Assembly: GCA_001949185.1 (NCBI GenBank)
Contig: BDGG01000003.1
Location: forward strand, 701,197-765,196
Source: Ramazzottius varieornatus
Taxonomy: Eukaryota > Animalia > Tardigrada
DNA length: 64,000 nt
Direction of reading: 5' to 3'
Positions 11,213-22,619 of the stretch are shown one piece after another (the first letter of the stretch is position 1; every line of letters begins with the position of its first letter). Below the pieces are notes generated by a model. That model did not search any database and was not told where the DNA came from. It saw only the letters and a program-made list of their open reading frames with translations. The position numbers and the translations under genes are program-made.

Positions 11213-14200
11213 GCTCAAATTTTTCCTTACCTTCCAAAGATTTTACATTAGTCTTATTCCTCGGTACAGTGCTTCATTTTAGCTAGGTTATCTGTGTATC
11301 TGTGTTATCTGTGTATCTCAGTGAGGAACAAGTTTATGGAAGTGAACGGGAAGTGACGGAAAGAACCAGGAAAACAGAAAAGTCTAAACGAGAGGTATGT
11401 GATGTCATGTGGTCGTACCTAGTCATGTCATGCTATACACTGATTAATTGTTGTGGCTTGCACTTGATGGTGATTCGAATGCGATTCACTCTCGCACCAA
11501 ATTACCAACTCCTTCCAAGTCGTGCACCGTGACTGTACCGGTACAGGCAGTGCGCGTCTACTGGAAAACCCACGGTGTGCAACGTTTCAAGCTGGGTACG
11601 TTTACTGTGGTAAAATTTGATTCTTCAGTTTCCGGTTAGTTTCTGCTGGTTTTGTACGGGCAGCTTTATTCCCATCTGAGGATGTAGGAATGTCATCCAC
11701 TGTTTCTGCCGCAGCCCCTTACTATACTAGGCCGGTTGTGAAGCAACCTAGTGAAGGCACGTTGAAGAGGAGACAAGCTAATTTAGCGGTTCTTCTCAGT
11801 GATTTATCTGTGCGTCTCGATCGAGAAGTTGCTGCGGACGTGAAGAATAATGGCTTAAACACCGGAGAAGAACAGCTAGATTAGCTTCTCCTTGTCAACG
11901 TGTCTCCCGTGAGCAGTTTCCTGCGTTACTGAACGGCTAAGTACGTCATCCAGGACATCGAAACATCGCTTCTCGGCCAAACCTGAGCAGGTTCCGGTTG
12001 GAACGTCCTCTTTGAATTCCTTTTTACATTTGTTTGCAGTTTATCCGCAAATGTTGGTCGTCCGGTGAACAGCGGTGCTCTTGAAGCTTCAGCGGAGCTC
12101 TGTACGTCAAAGAACTTCCCCGAGCTGGTCAGGTACACGTCTCTCGAATTTTGCCATTTACTTGCAACCGCACCGCAATGACGTATTAAATACGTTTGGA
12201 CGAAACTATTTTTTAATCAATGTTGTCGATTGTGCCTGTGACTTCGTGCGCATGGTTACGCTTGTGAGCAGGTTTTAGGCGTGGAAATGCCTCGACCAGC
12301 GAATCCTTTTTACGGGGACATATACATAATTGTCCTAGGAGACGAGACTGTTGTAGTTGCGGAAGTTTGTGGCAGATACGGTGCAGATGACACGAACTTT
12401 CGAAGATGGCTCGATCGAAAGAAGCCCCCACATACGCTGTCGAAAAGTCAGCAATCTACCAGAAAGTATGTTCTTGTTTCCATTAGCCTTACCTGCTCTG
12501 AATACATCGTCGTTACTTCCATGTTGACAGAATGGCGGATCGACGACGCTGTGAAGGTGATTGAGGAGAAAGATCTGGCGCGGGAGACAGTGAACACGTC
12601 GACTTTCTGCCGGTATTCAGGAATTTCCAGGAACTCTGTGGCTTCTCGACAACTTTGAAAGATAAAGTTGGACAACGAAGTCGGCCCTATCGATTGCTTG
12701 GTAGATCAATGTGGCTACGAGAATCCGCCTGTTCGACCGGCATCGCGCAGGTGCGCCGGATGTCACAAGCGTTTTCCCTGTTGGTAAGTTTTAAACCTAC
12801 AGCCAACCAAGATTTGCCTTCAGAATGGAAAGTTGGATGTGTTTACAGGTGTGTCAACGCTATCTTACCTCTTTACGTGGAGACCCTCTCCTGCTACTGG
12901 GCCGAGTGTACGGAAACTACGACGTTCAGTAGAATTCATCCGCAAACTCTTTGCCGGTACACGGGTGTAAAAACGCCATTTTGCGGAGGAACGAAAGCAT
13001 GCGCACAGACACGATATGTGGGAGCGAGGCAGAGCAGGCAAACCAATTCAGGTGGGAACGCCCAAGTTCGTCGAATGGCTACTTGCACAAGAACAGACAG
13101 AGTAAGTTCTCGACTGAACGATCTCGATGAGTCTGAACGTATCATCGTTTGAGCCTTTTCCCAAGTCGCAAAAATTGTCAGTGTTAGCGTGCGCCACTTG
13201 GATGACGATCTCGATGGGTCTGGATGTTTTCCGATGTCGCGCACGTTGTCAGTCTTAGCAGCTGGTAGCGTGTGCCAGTAATCTAACCGACAGAGAATCA
13301 CTGATTCTGAAACAAGGATTTTTGGGGGTTTTCACAGGACAGTCGTCGAGTAGCCCGGGAGCGGAGTAGTCGGATGGAAGCCGAAAAACGTGCGCTAGGG
13401 GAGAAAACGATGGGGTTTAGTTTATGAAGGAGGGAGTTCAACTGGTCGCTAAAATTGCTGAACGTGTGGCTAGATGACGTCTCAGTGTTCACGCCCCTTG
13501 CTCCTTTAGAAAGAGGGCAAGAAAATGAGAGGCGGAGTTTGGAAAATTCCGTGGTAACATTGTGTCTTAGGCAGCAACGCCCTGTGACCAGTCACATCAC
13601 TCACATGAAATTTTTTCCAGTCACTTTTCTATCGCGGTGAAGATTTTTCAACAGCCTTCCGGGTTCTTCTCCTTCCCGTTCCCCTGTGTTTCTGAGACTT
13701 CCTCATCCCTTACGCTGTGCTAGTTTACCTGTTGTTCAGTGTATGCTTTGTGTCTTCACAGGTGACTTCGCTCGTCATCAGTTCCTGTCTTCGTGTTTCC
13801 ATTCGACAAGATGTCCGTTATCCTCCTCTCCAAGAACGTAAAGAATGCTGAGGTCCAAGTACAGCCACTCTGCAACGTCCGTGTATCCACAGTCTATCCT
13901 GCTAACACTCGCGCTGGCAACATCACCGAGTATTTGAATGGCAAGGCGATAAAGTGGCAACAATCTGTCCTCATCCTACTGGATAACCGTGAGATTCCAG
14001 TTCCATAGAACCTTCTGCACCTTGCAGCCTGTTCCGGTGAAGATTTGTGAGAATATTCTGTTTCTAATCGGTGCTACGACTAAGCCCAGATGAACGCGGT
14101 AAGTGAAATCTGAACAGAGTCCAGTTACTGTTTGTCGGAAACAGTTGGAAGCATATTGGAAGATGCGGGCTACATACGAGATAGAATCTGCAGACACGTC

Positions 14201-14309
14201 TGGATGTGTACATAGCGCACAACCCATCCGGGACTTCAAGTCAAAATATTTTCCACTTCGCTCAACACGTAATATGAAAAACTTTTCTTCTCCCGACCGC
14301 ACATTCGTC

Positions 14310-14700
14310 CACGAAACTTTACGTCATTTTCCGTTGAGGTGTCAGAAGTGTGACTTTGGCTCCGAGAAGGAAAACATGAAGCATTACGGTAGCAACCAAC
14401 CTCCGGAATATCCCATAGCAGATCTCAAGGTTCCCATTGCGCTGATCTACTCCGATAACGACTGGCTTGCCACTCCCAAAGACGTATTATGTATCGGTCT
14501 CCACATCACACTCCTAAAACTCATGGCCAAGAAGCTTATAAAACTTTTTCGCTTTTGGGCTACGAGAGGAATTGAAAGGTGAAGTCGATCTGTACCGTGT
14601 TCCGTATCTGAAGTGGAACCATCTAGACTCTATCTGGGGTATCGATGCTAACATGCACGTTTACCCGGAAGTTCTGCGTATTCTCAAAAAGCACAATAAG
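14310..14700 (+). pseudogene. Acid (lysosomal/gastric-type) lipase, C-terminal fragment
   Basis: DFGSEKENMKHYGSNQPPEY...VPIALIYSDNDWLATPKDV and WNHLDSIWGIDANMHVYPEVL (catalytic Asp and His motifs); no contiguous N-terminal part. Confidence 0.85.
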
Positions 14701-15399
14701 ATAATGGGATATGTTGTCTAATCTTTAGTCTGCCTTGTGATGTCTTCTGATGACAGCAAAAATCTTCAGTCTCACCACTGGCACGTAGATAAAGCTCGGC
14801 GAAGAGAAAACAATACTTTTCGCCGTTTTTCGCCACGGTGAAGAAATTTTTGATCAACCAATCCGTCAAATATGCAATACTTTTATTTCAGAATTAGAAG
14901 ACGTCATCACAACGCGCTACTGCAGAGCGGCTTTTGGGGGCTGATCCAACCTGTTGATCCTAGTTTTTTTCCAGGACGTCTAAGGACTTCAAGCGGTGTA
15001 TTCCGGTCTTAGAAAGTGCTTTATCAATACTTTGAGAGATTTGAAGAAGAAAAGGCGAGTAGGTCCGGATTTCTACTTGAAACTGATCTCTCGGAAGAGT
15101 TGCATAAGAAGACGTTTATGAAGAAAGCTGGAACTTTGGTACGAATATTGGGGAACGTCTTGAAGCTGATATGGAGAACTACAGGATGGCTCCTTCCGCA
15201 AGAAAGATCATCGTCCGTGGACGGAAAACGAGATACGTTCTCGGCTGCAGCGGTAGATGGTATAATAAACCAGAAGGACGTTATTTAGGCGATGATTTCT
15301 TCCTGTCGCGTGAATGCGAAGCAAGTCCGGCATGAGCTGTCGTATCCCCAGAACGACCAGTACTATATAAACCTCTCGAAAGCTGCTCGAGAAGAAGAG

Positions 15400-16330
15400 T
15401 ATTCACTTCGTCCATTCATGATGAGGGAGAAGGCGGTGCTGAAAGCGCGTGAACCGGGAATCGATAGATTTCTGGGAAGTCAAGGCTAGGTTAACCGGTG
15501 CAGGCGACATAAAGTTCGCTTCATTACTCTCTACGGTAACGAGTGACAAACACTTTTCAAATGAAACCCTCGACTCAGTTGTCTGGTGTGTCTCGTTTCA
15601 GGAGAAGGTGGAAACGCTGATTTGAATGCGATCGACAACTGGCTGCACATCGCCCTTCCGACGGCTTTGCTGAATGTCGATCCGGCAAATGTTTACAACA
15701 CCGATGAGACCGGAATTTCCTGGCGCGAGCTAGGCAATAAGACCCTTCTTATCGGTACTGAAGAAGTTTGGGGAACAAAGCTGATAGAAGATCGCACCAG
15801 AGGTATGTTGACGTGCTCTGCTACAGGAGACATGCTATTTGTCAAAATCGTCGCCTTTTTTAAAGTTCCCCATCCTGATCGTCGAAACGGGTGGTTGGAA
15901 GTTACGGTAGAAAACCATGGTCTCCACCACTTTCAGGACAAAACTGCTTGGGCAACGAAAGCTACATATGGCCCGTGGCTCGACTGGTTAAACCAAGACG
16001 TGATCAAGCAGGGACGGCGCATCACCGTGCTTGCGGATAATTTTGCCGCTCACCAGGTCAGAAGTCACTCAAATGCTAACCTGGTGTTTCTGCCCGCCAC
16101 ATTCAGATTACAGCCGCCGGACATTCTGGAACAGAGCGGCGAACCATGACACATTGGCAGTGAGTAATGGCACGCCATACGGTTCAAACGTGGTAAAACA
16201 GCTGATCGGCTGAGCATTTCGTGACAAATCAAAATACAGAAACAAAGAGCTTCACGTCTCTGCAGCAATTTCGAGCCGTAACTTCCGGTTACCGCAGTAC
16301 CTTCCAGGAATTGTTTGCGCACTGGGTTCT
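15400..16330 (+). mobile_element. Degenerate Tigger/CENP-B-like transposase remnant
   Basis: MMREKA...FLGSQG* HTH, VYNTDETG, VLADNFAAH, VFLP...LQPPD; interrupted by stops; TIRs not clear. Confidence 0.8.
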
Positions 16331-16690
16331 ATAGCTGGAACTGTGCGCCAGACTCTCCTCTAACTTCCTGTGAAGTTTGAGCATCGGGATTTGATGGTTG
16401 GCGTAATCCCCTCTTAAAGAAGTGAGGATTATTCTTGTACTGTATCATTGTCAAATTGACGGTTTAGCTACACGCACAGAGTGTCTAGCATGTGGAAAAG
16501 TTTGCATAAGTGAGGTTTCCACTCGATTGAATGAATGGCAACGTGTCGTTCGTCGCCAACAACATTATGGATACCAGATTTTGGAACTGCAAAAGCCGAA
16601 GAGAATATCGGCGATCCGGTATTCTAGCAGAAGCATTCTAGCAGAAAATTTCTGTGAAGTCATTTCGTATGGCAGCTCTCCAAGGTTGGC

Positions 16691-17235
16691 TCAACAGCCC
16701 AAAGACGAATCTGAAGTTCCGTTATCGACATTCACGCACACGAAGCAATCACAACAGGATCCTGCAGTACCGTCTGGGTACTTACCAGTGCAGGAATTCC
16801 ACTGTGCTTTATGGTGAGCCGCGAGACTCGAAAGTCTACAGTACTTTTACCGCGGGTGTACGCGCGGATAAACTGACTTTATCCGCGGGTGGATGCGCGG
16901 ATGAAGTATTTCACCGCGCATGTGCCCGCGGATAGAGACATTTCACCGCGCGTGCATGCGCGGATAAACTAGTTTCTCCGCGCGTACACCCGCGGTAGAA
17001 GTACTGTGGACTTTTGAATCGCCCGACTCACCATAGTTGTTTGTCGAGGTGGGGTCACGGTTCGGAGTGACAACAAAATTCGTTTATGGGTGGTGGGTCC
17101 TGCTGTCGTGGGGGTGGTTCGCGGCGCAAGGCTTATACGTCCATTGCCGTTCGCTTTCTGTCCACTCGCTCCTGAGGGAGGCTCATTCTGCCCATTTTTC
17201 AAGGTGACTTGTGCCGTTTTTCTCATCGGGCGCGG
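16691..17235 (-). pseudogene. Secreted Cys-rich family copy 3, 5'-truncated and MITE-interrupted
   Basis: PSGASGQKANGNGRISLAPRTTPTTAGPTT matches copy 2. Removing the MITE plus one TA restores the frame into KAQWNSCTG...SCCDCFVC...LGC-stop. No signal peptide seen. Confidence 0.78.
16812..17033. mobile_element. Palindromic TA-flanked MITE with an internal array of five palindromes
   Basis: ~55-bp imperfect TIRs starting TGGTGAG(C/T)CG; TA on both flanks; five CCGCG-N8-CGCGG units. Confidence 0.85.
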
Positions 17236-17601
17236 ACTTAAACTTCGACAAACCAGGAAGTAGGCCCGTAGATCTTGCGGTAAGCTCGGAAACCTTTTGC
17301 AGACTGTCAACTCTATTTACGGAATAAATGAGATCTCTGCGGTGCGCTTCACTCCTCAGTGTCGCTTGGTGCAACGGGCCACAGCGTTTTCCTACTGACC
17401 AGTAATTTCTGCTCAATAAATCACTGATGCAGTTATGATATGCATAAATTCGGGCGATACTGCGTAGTGACGTATAGACAAAGGCAGATCCGTTTACATG
17501 GACAGAATCAATCAGATGGTCACATTTTCGTCAACTGCAATTTACACACGGCATTGTCCTTTGAGGATACTAAGGTTGTGTAGGTAAGAACGATTATTTC
17601 T

Positions 17602-18018
17602 TCAGGGAGCACACGTCGCGCCTGGGTTGAAAGAGCAGGCGACACAGTCTTTGACGCATGGCTCAGTGGGACTTGTCGGTGCGCCAATACCAGTGCACGG
17701 GTCGCAGTCACCTTGCGGTGTCACGGTCACCGGAACGGTTCGAGGCGACAACGAAATTCGTTTGAGGGTGGTGGGTCCTGCTGTTGTGGTGGTTGTTCGT
17801 GGTGCAAGGCTTATGCGTCCTTGGCCCTTCGCTTTCTGTCTACTCGCTCCTGAGGGAAGCTTATTCTGCACCTTTCTCGGGGTGGCTTGTGCAAGTTTTT
17901 TTCCGGCATTTGCCTTAGCGCCAACAGGACGGGGATTTCCCTTTCCTTCATCCGCATCAGTCGTCTGCAGGCAGAGCACAACCAATAACGTCAAGCAAGA
18001 CAGACGAAGCCACAACAT
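17602..18018 (-). CDS. Small secreted basic, Thr-rich, Cys-rich protein, copy 2 (138 aa)
   Basis: ATG 18018 after a TTTCAG acceptor, signal peptide MLWLRLSCLTLLVVLCLQTTDA, RISLAPRT/RISLSPRT repeat, 6-Cys tail. 5'UTR donor near 18120 and TATAAAAA near 18190-18197 on the minus strand. Confidence 0.78.
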   Translation of the reverse strand: MLWLRLSCLTLLVVLCLQTTDADEGKGNPRPVGAKANAGKKLAQATPRKVQNKLPSGASRQKAKGQGRISLAPRTTTTTAGPTTLKRISLSPRTVPVTVTPQGDCDPCTGIGAPTSPTEPCVKDCVACSFNPGATCAP

Positions 18019-19085
18019 GTTGCCTGAAAGAAAAAATACAACATCAGTACACGATCTACGTGGGACAGGTGGAAAAGCGGCAACGATATAACTCGAGTGA
18101 GATGTCAACAGAGCTACTTACTCACTTTGTGAGTTCGGTTCCGAAGCAGTCTGGAGAAAGATGAGATGATGCGAAGCAGCTTCAAAGTCTTTTTATATCA
18201 TGGTTGACAATAACTTTAAACAAGGGGCAACATTCCATCGCCTGTTGTCGTCGATGCGAGGAAGAATTCAGAGTGGAAACCATAATTAGAAGCTCTTGGC
18301 ATGGAAGAAGAGGTAAATCACAATAGGTAATTTCTTTTTGATATTCTAAGTCAAACGCAGCCTCACCAGGTCCCGCCAGAAAGTTCGGAGAAGCTCTTCA
18401 ACCAATGCCCTTCACAGCTCGCTGATGTCGGAACCGCCACAATAAGGGTGTTAGTTGTCTGGTATAATTTGAATACGGAAACAGAAGTGATCATCTGGCC
18501 ACGAAATCACCGGCCAAAAATTTCCTTCTGTTTTCATTATAGAATGTGTAATTGCAGAGGAACCGTAGTGAACAAAGACCAGTCCTGTGGTACCTAGCCA
18601 GTCAGCTCAACTGCCAGGCGTAAACCTGATTGTTTGTATTTATATTACGCAGCATTTCCGCAATCAATACGGCAGCAGGTTCTACATGAGCGAACGCTTT
18701 CAATCTGCATAGGTTTTTTTTCTACCGACAAGGAAGCAAGAAAGCCATACGAAAACAACTTTCAAAGTCAACTCAACCACCGTGGAAGAATTTAGTATTT
18801 ACTGCAAGGTTTAGTAGCAGAGATGTCTTTGCAGAAGGACAATTTGTTAGCGAGAAAGCTTCTCAGAACAAGGAATTGTTTCCGAAGCCATTTCGGCATC
18901 ATCGGATACTGGTTCTCTCAGTGTCATATCTAGGTCACAGATCTTTTGTCGCCGAAGAACTGCAAAACGGGTTATCTCTTCGCATAGGTGGCATTGTACG
19001 CGATGTCTTGTACAATTATACAAACTCATCAACAGCGAGTTTCTGGATTCAGGGGGAAGCCTTTGGGGAACTGCTAATAACAGTT

Positions 19086-19228
19086 CACGCACCTAACCAA
19101 AATGTGGGCCACGGAGCGAATGCTGCACGGGCTAACAGAAGTCGACCAATCAATTAAATCAATTGGAGCAGCACCGCTTTTGCTCCGTGGCCCATATTGC
19201 CCATGCCCACATTTAGGTTAGGTTCGTG
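19086..19228. mobile_element. Short MITE
   Basis: Inverted ends CACG(C/A)ACCTAACC(A/T)AAATGTGGGC plus inner inverted GGGCCACGGAGC. Confidence 0.65.
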
Positions 19229-20119
19229 TACCCCCAATACAGCACACGATCACTACCAGTATAATTCAATCGTCGTTATCCCGGTAAGAACATACACTTC
19301 GAAGCAAAATGGTAAGAAACGGATATAAATTCTGTTCAAGACTAGCCAGACGCAAGATGTCCGTCGTGAAAGTAGCTCAAGCATCACGACAGTCCTTTTC
19401 GCTCTCAGTGCTATTGGTATGCCAGTTCTGAGGCACGGATTTCAAGGACCTTGCGATACCATCGTTACCGTATGCTGGTGGGTATAACCGTCGTCACCGA
19501 GGTTGTGCGCGATGCTACGGTGACGGCCTCAGTGGAATCTAAGGTGGAGGCACTTCGCGTGGCAAGACTTTTACGAGGAGACCCTTCGCTTTCAGTGCAG
19601 TTCCACTGGATACCGATTACTTCTTGAAAATATGTCAAAGGAATTTTGAAGCTGTTCTGCCATTGTCAAGCGGCCAATTTTATGGGGTGGTTGGCCGTGG
19701 GAACTCCTGGCGCCGAGAATCTGGCAGCCTTCGTAAGTCTATTGTGTATGATGAATTTATTTCAGGAACAGAGGTTGGGAAAGCGTTGCCTTCTAGAGTC
19801 AACCATTTACATCTGAAAATTCAGTTAGCAAAGTTTTCTATTGCATTCGACACGGTGCCTATGTCTATACCAGCTAGCTGAAATTTCCGATGGTCAGTTT
19901 TTCTGCAAGCTTTGGCTTGCAGGTCGAGCTGTGGTGAGCCGGAAGATGACTGAGGAAACCGCACAAAGCTCCCCTGCATGCATCACTAACGTCTAAATGC
20001 AGCAGTTGGTCATCAATTTCAACGTCGAGACCACGAACGCAACTGGTCACGTTCCGAAAAGCCTCTTTGACAGAAGTATTCGAAGCACCTGGGCGTGGCT
20101 GAGATGTGGGCAAAGGGTT

Positions 20120-20260
20120 AAATATCGCGCCAGGAAAACATTCACGCATTTCTTTCACGTCGTCCATTACGTATTTCGTAATTACAGAGATCAAACCTTC
20201 CGGTACGAGGCTCTACAGCCAGCCGAACCTCTCATGCGTAGACCTCACTTACGGTACTCC
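20120..20260 (-). mobile_element. Diverged repeat shared with 10255-10420, possibly a MULE transposase remnant
   Basis: DNA similarity between the two loci. The translation F.WL...VPE...VMDD..EMRECFPGA loosely resembles the MULE DDE core. Confidence 0.35.
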
Positions 20261-20657
20261 GAATCAACAATATAATAGGTCGTGCATGGGAGAACTCAAT
20301 TTTGCATGAAACATGATGCCGATTCTCGTAGTGCGCAAAATTCTGGGGAAAAAATTTCTTGTTGGAGATCTCGTTTGACAGATTCGATAGAACAATGGTC
20401 ACGCTACATTTTGACTGCTTAGCTTTGTTCTTGACACTGTCACGTGACGGCAGAGCAGCACCCAAAAGTAGCCTTCATTTCCTTGTCTAAACCCGCATTT
20501 ATATGAGTTGATTGATTGAAGTCCCGATTCGGTGGTAACGTGGTCAGAAAGTATAAAGTATCTTCTAGACTTTGAATCTTCAAAATCGGACAGCGGGGTC
20601 AGAAGATACAAGCAAAAAAAGGAAGACCATGGGGTGGCCATGACCTATGGGCCTGAC

Positions 20658-20958
20658 TGTACACTCCCGGATTCAGCAAGAATGATCTCAGCTTCCTATT
20701 CGCGCTTTTGTCAACAAACACTCGACCATCTTTATTCGCGTTGGTCAGCGTCTCCAAAAACCCTTCAATCACCATCAACGGAGAACCCATGCTGGCCGAC
20801 TCGTCCACTGACGCTTCCATCCCTTCCGGATACCGCTCAGAAAATGACATCAGCTTCCTCGCAATCAAACTCTTCTTACAGTATGCCAGGATTTTAAACA
20901 GGTTGATCGTGTCGAGCTTGGCTCCGGTCAAGAATCTATCGGTGGTTCTAACTTCTGT
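20658..20958 (-). pseudogene. DDX11: Duplicated internal exon fragment of the neighbouring DDX11 gene
   Basis: Aligns with ~23978-24275; 20714-20923 appears identical to 24031-24240. Confidence 0.93.
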
Positions 20959-21145
20959 CTAATGCAGTGCTGCAACAGAGGGGTCCCCGACCGGTGCTCA
21001 TCCTGCAACATGGTACACAATAATACATCAATTACTCTAAATGTCCAGCCATGTCGTCCCATGTCAGGCTTGCGAATCTATTTACATTACTGTACCTACG
21101 CGTACGTCTGAGAGTTTGACTACACCTAAAAACAAGGACTTCTCT

Positions 21146-21580
21146 AGGACTTTTATGCAGCAGTACCGACTGGATAACGAACCTTCCCGGTGAAAGCCTT
21201 GGTAAACAGTTCATACTGTGCGCATTAATCTCTTCTTGCTGCTGGATTGATCCGGATCGAACGTGAAGGTGTTTGCGCTACGATTGAACTGGCTTCGTCT
21301 CGTTTAGGTTTCATTTTGGCCGATGCGGGATATGATGTGTGGTTAGGCAATATGCGTGGAGATTTCTACGGTCTGAACCACAGAACACTCGCCGTAAAGT
21401 CAAGAGAATTTTGGGACTTCGGGTCATCCTCGATCATCCCTTGTCATGCACTCCTTCTTCGCGATTGGCCTAAATTCTCATTTGAATTTTCAGCTTCGAC
21501 GAAATGGCCGAGTACGACATGCCCCCATCATCAACAATCAGCCATGCAAGAAACTAATCATCCCGATATTCTGTACACTT
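21146..21580 (+). pseudogene. Acid lipase N-terminal fragment with two retained introns
   Basis: GLLCSSTDWITNLPGESL | [18 protein letters not shown]...EFWDF | [11 protein letters not shown]...[12 protein letters not shown]; breaks off at the nucleophile elbow. Confidence 0.88.
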
Positions 21581-21754
21581 TTCTCAAACAGGCTTTCCCC
21601 CGGGAATATCTCGGAAGAAAGAACTACGTCACATCGGTGTACTCGAGGTTCACAACAAAAAAGTCGTCTTGCGCTGGCCAGTGGGAACAGTTACCACAAA
21701 ACAGTAAGGAGGAACCGGAACACCCACGGATTAGTTTCTCAGCCACGAACCAAC

Positions 21755-22425
21755 CGCATTTCAAACTAGAACAGCTTTTGATATACCTCAGACAACTGTC
21801 TTCGCAGTCTTAGCCCATCAGACCATCTGGAACATCCAGTGCAGCAAGTACACGGATGAAGAAGGCAAGAACGAGAACCCAGTCTTGTTCAGGAAACTAC
21901 AAGAAATCCAGGACGAAATCATCCGAAGGCTGGAAAGCGGGTCGGCCAGAGCCTCCCGAGTACGCGAGTTTGCCTTAATTAAAGAAATCACCGACATCAG
22001 CGGGACCGTCAAGCCCTACGAAAAGGGGGAAAAGCGAAAGTAGGCCTGCATGCCTGCAAGAACCGGCCAAGATCAAAGCGCAACACGGTAAATCTTTTCC
22101 CTATATGCGCGTTAGTTGGTCAATCTGTTTTGACCTGTTTGAATATTTACCCAGGATCCCAGGTTCTTACGTGCCGTCGAATCCCGAAGCGGTCGTTGTG
22201 GGCAATGACGCCAAGTCGGGCTTCCCACTGCAAGAGTGCGGCCAAGGCTCCCTACTAGGCCAGGTTCTGGGTCAAGAAGTGCCCCTTGGACCAACTGGAG
22301 GAGATCGGCGAACGACCGGGCAAGTGAGACTTCCGCGACGCACCCGAATACTGGCAAGCGGCCATCTTCAAGGTCGGCGACGACGTTCGCAGATCCATGC
22401 AGATCTTCAAAAACGTCTTTCATGG
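21755..22425 (+). pseudogene. PI4KA: PI4-kinase III alpha gene fragment, copy B (longer)
   Basis: As copy A, extended through SAAKAPY.ARFWVKKC and YWQAAIFKVGDDVR...QIFKNVF; frameshifted. Confidence 0.9.
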
Positions 22426-22619
22426 TAAAAGATACCCTAATGCTAACTTCTATTCAATAATATCGGAAATATCTGTAAAAAATTCATGCTGTGCGGCGAG
22501 GACTTCGTGCCGAGACTTTCGAGGGTTGGTTCGGCGGCGTACTATACAAAGCGGTACCCCGATCACAATTGAAACTCGGCTCCTTCTCATCATGGCGCTG
22601 ACGGGTACGTTTTGCGGTA

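Noticed and set aside
16850-16995. CRISPR array
   Set aside because: Spacers are only 13-15 bp and similar to each other, repeats vary internally, the array lies within TIRs in a eukaryotic locus, and there are no cas genes.
19205-19225. TTAGG telomeric repeat
   Set aside because: Only two units, part of a MITE TIR.
22112-22460. ORF-track proteins over this interval
   Set aside because: They are off-frame or antisense readings of the frameshifted PI4KA fragment.
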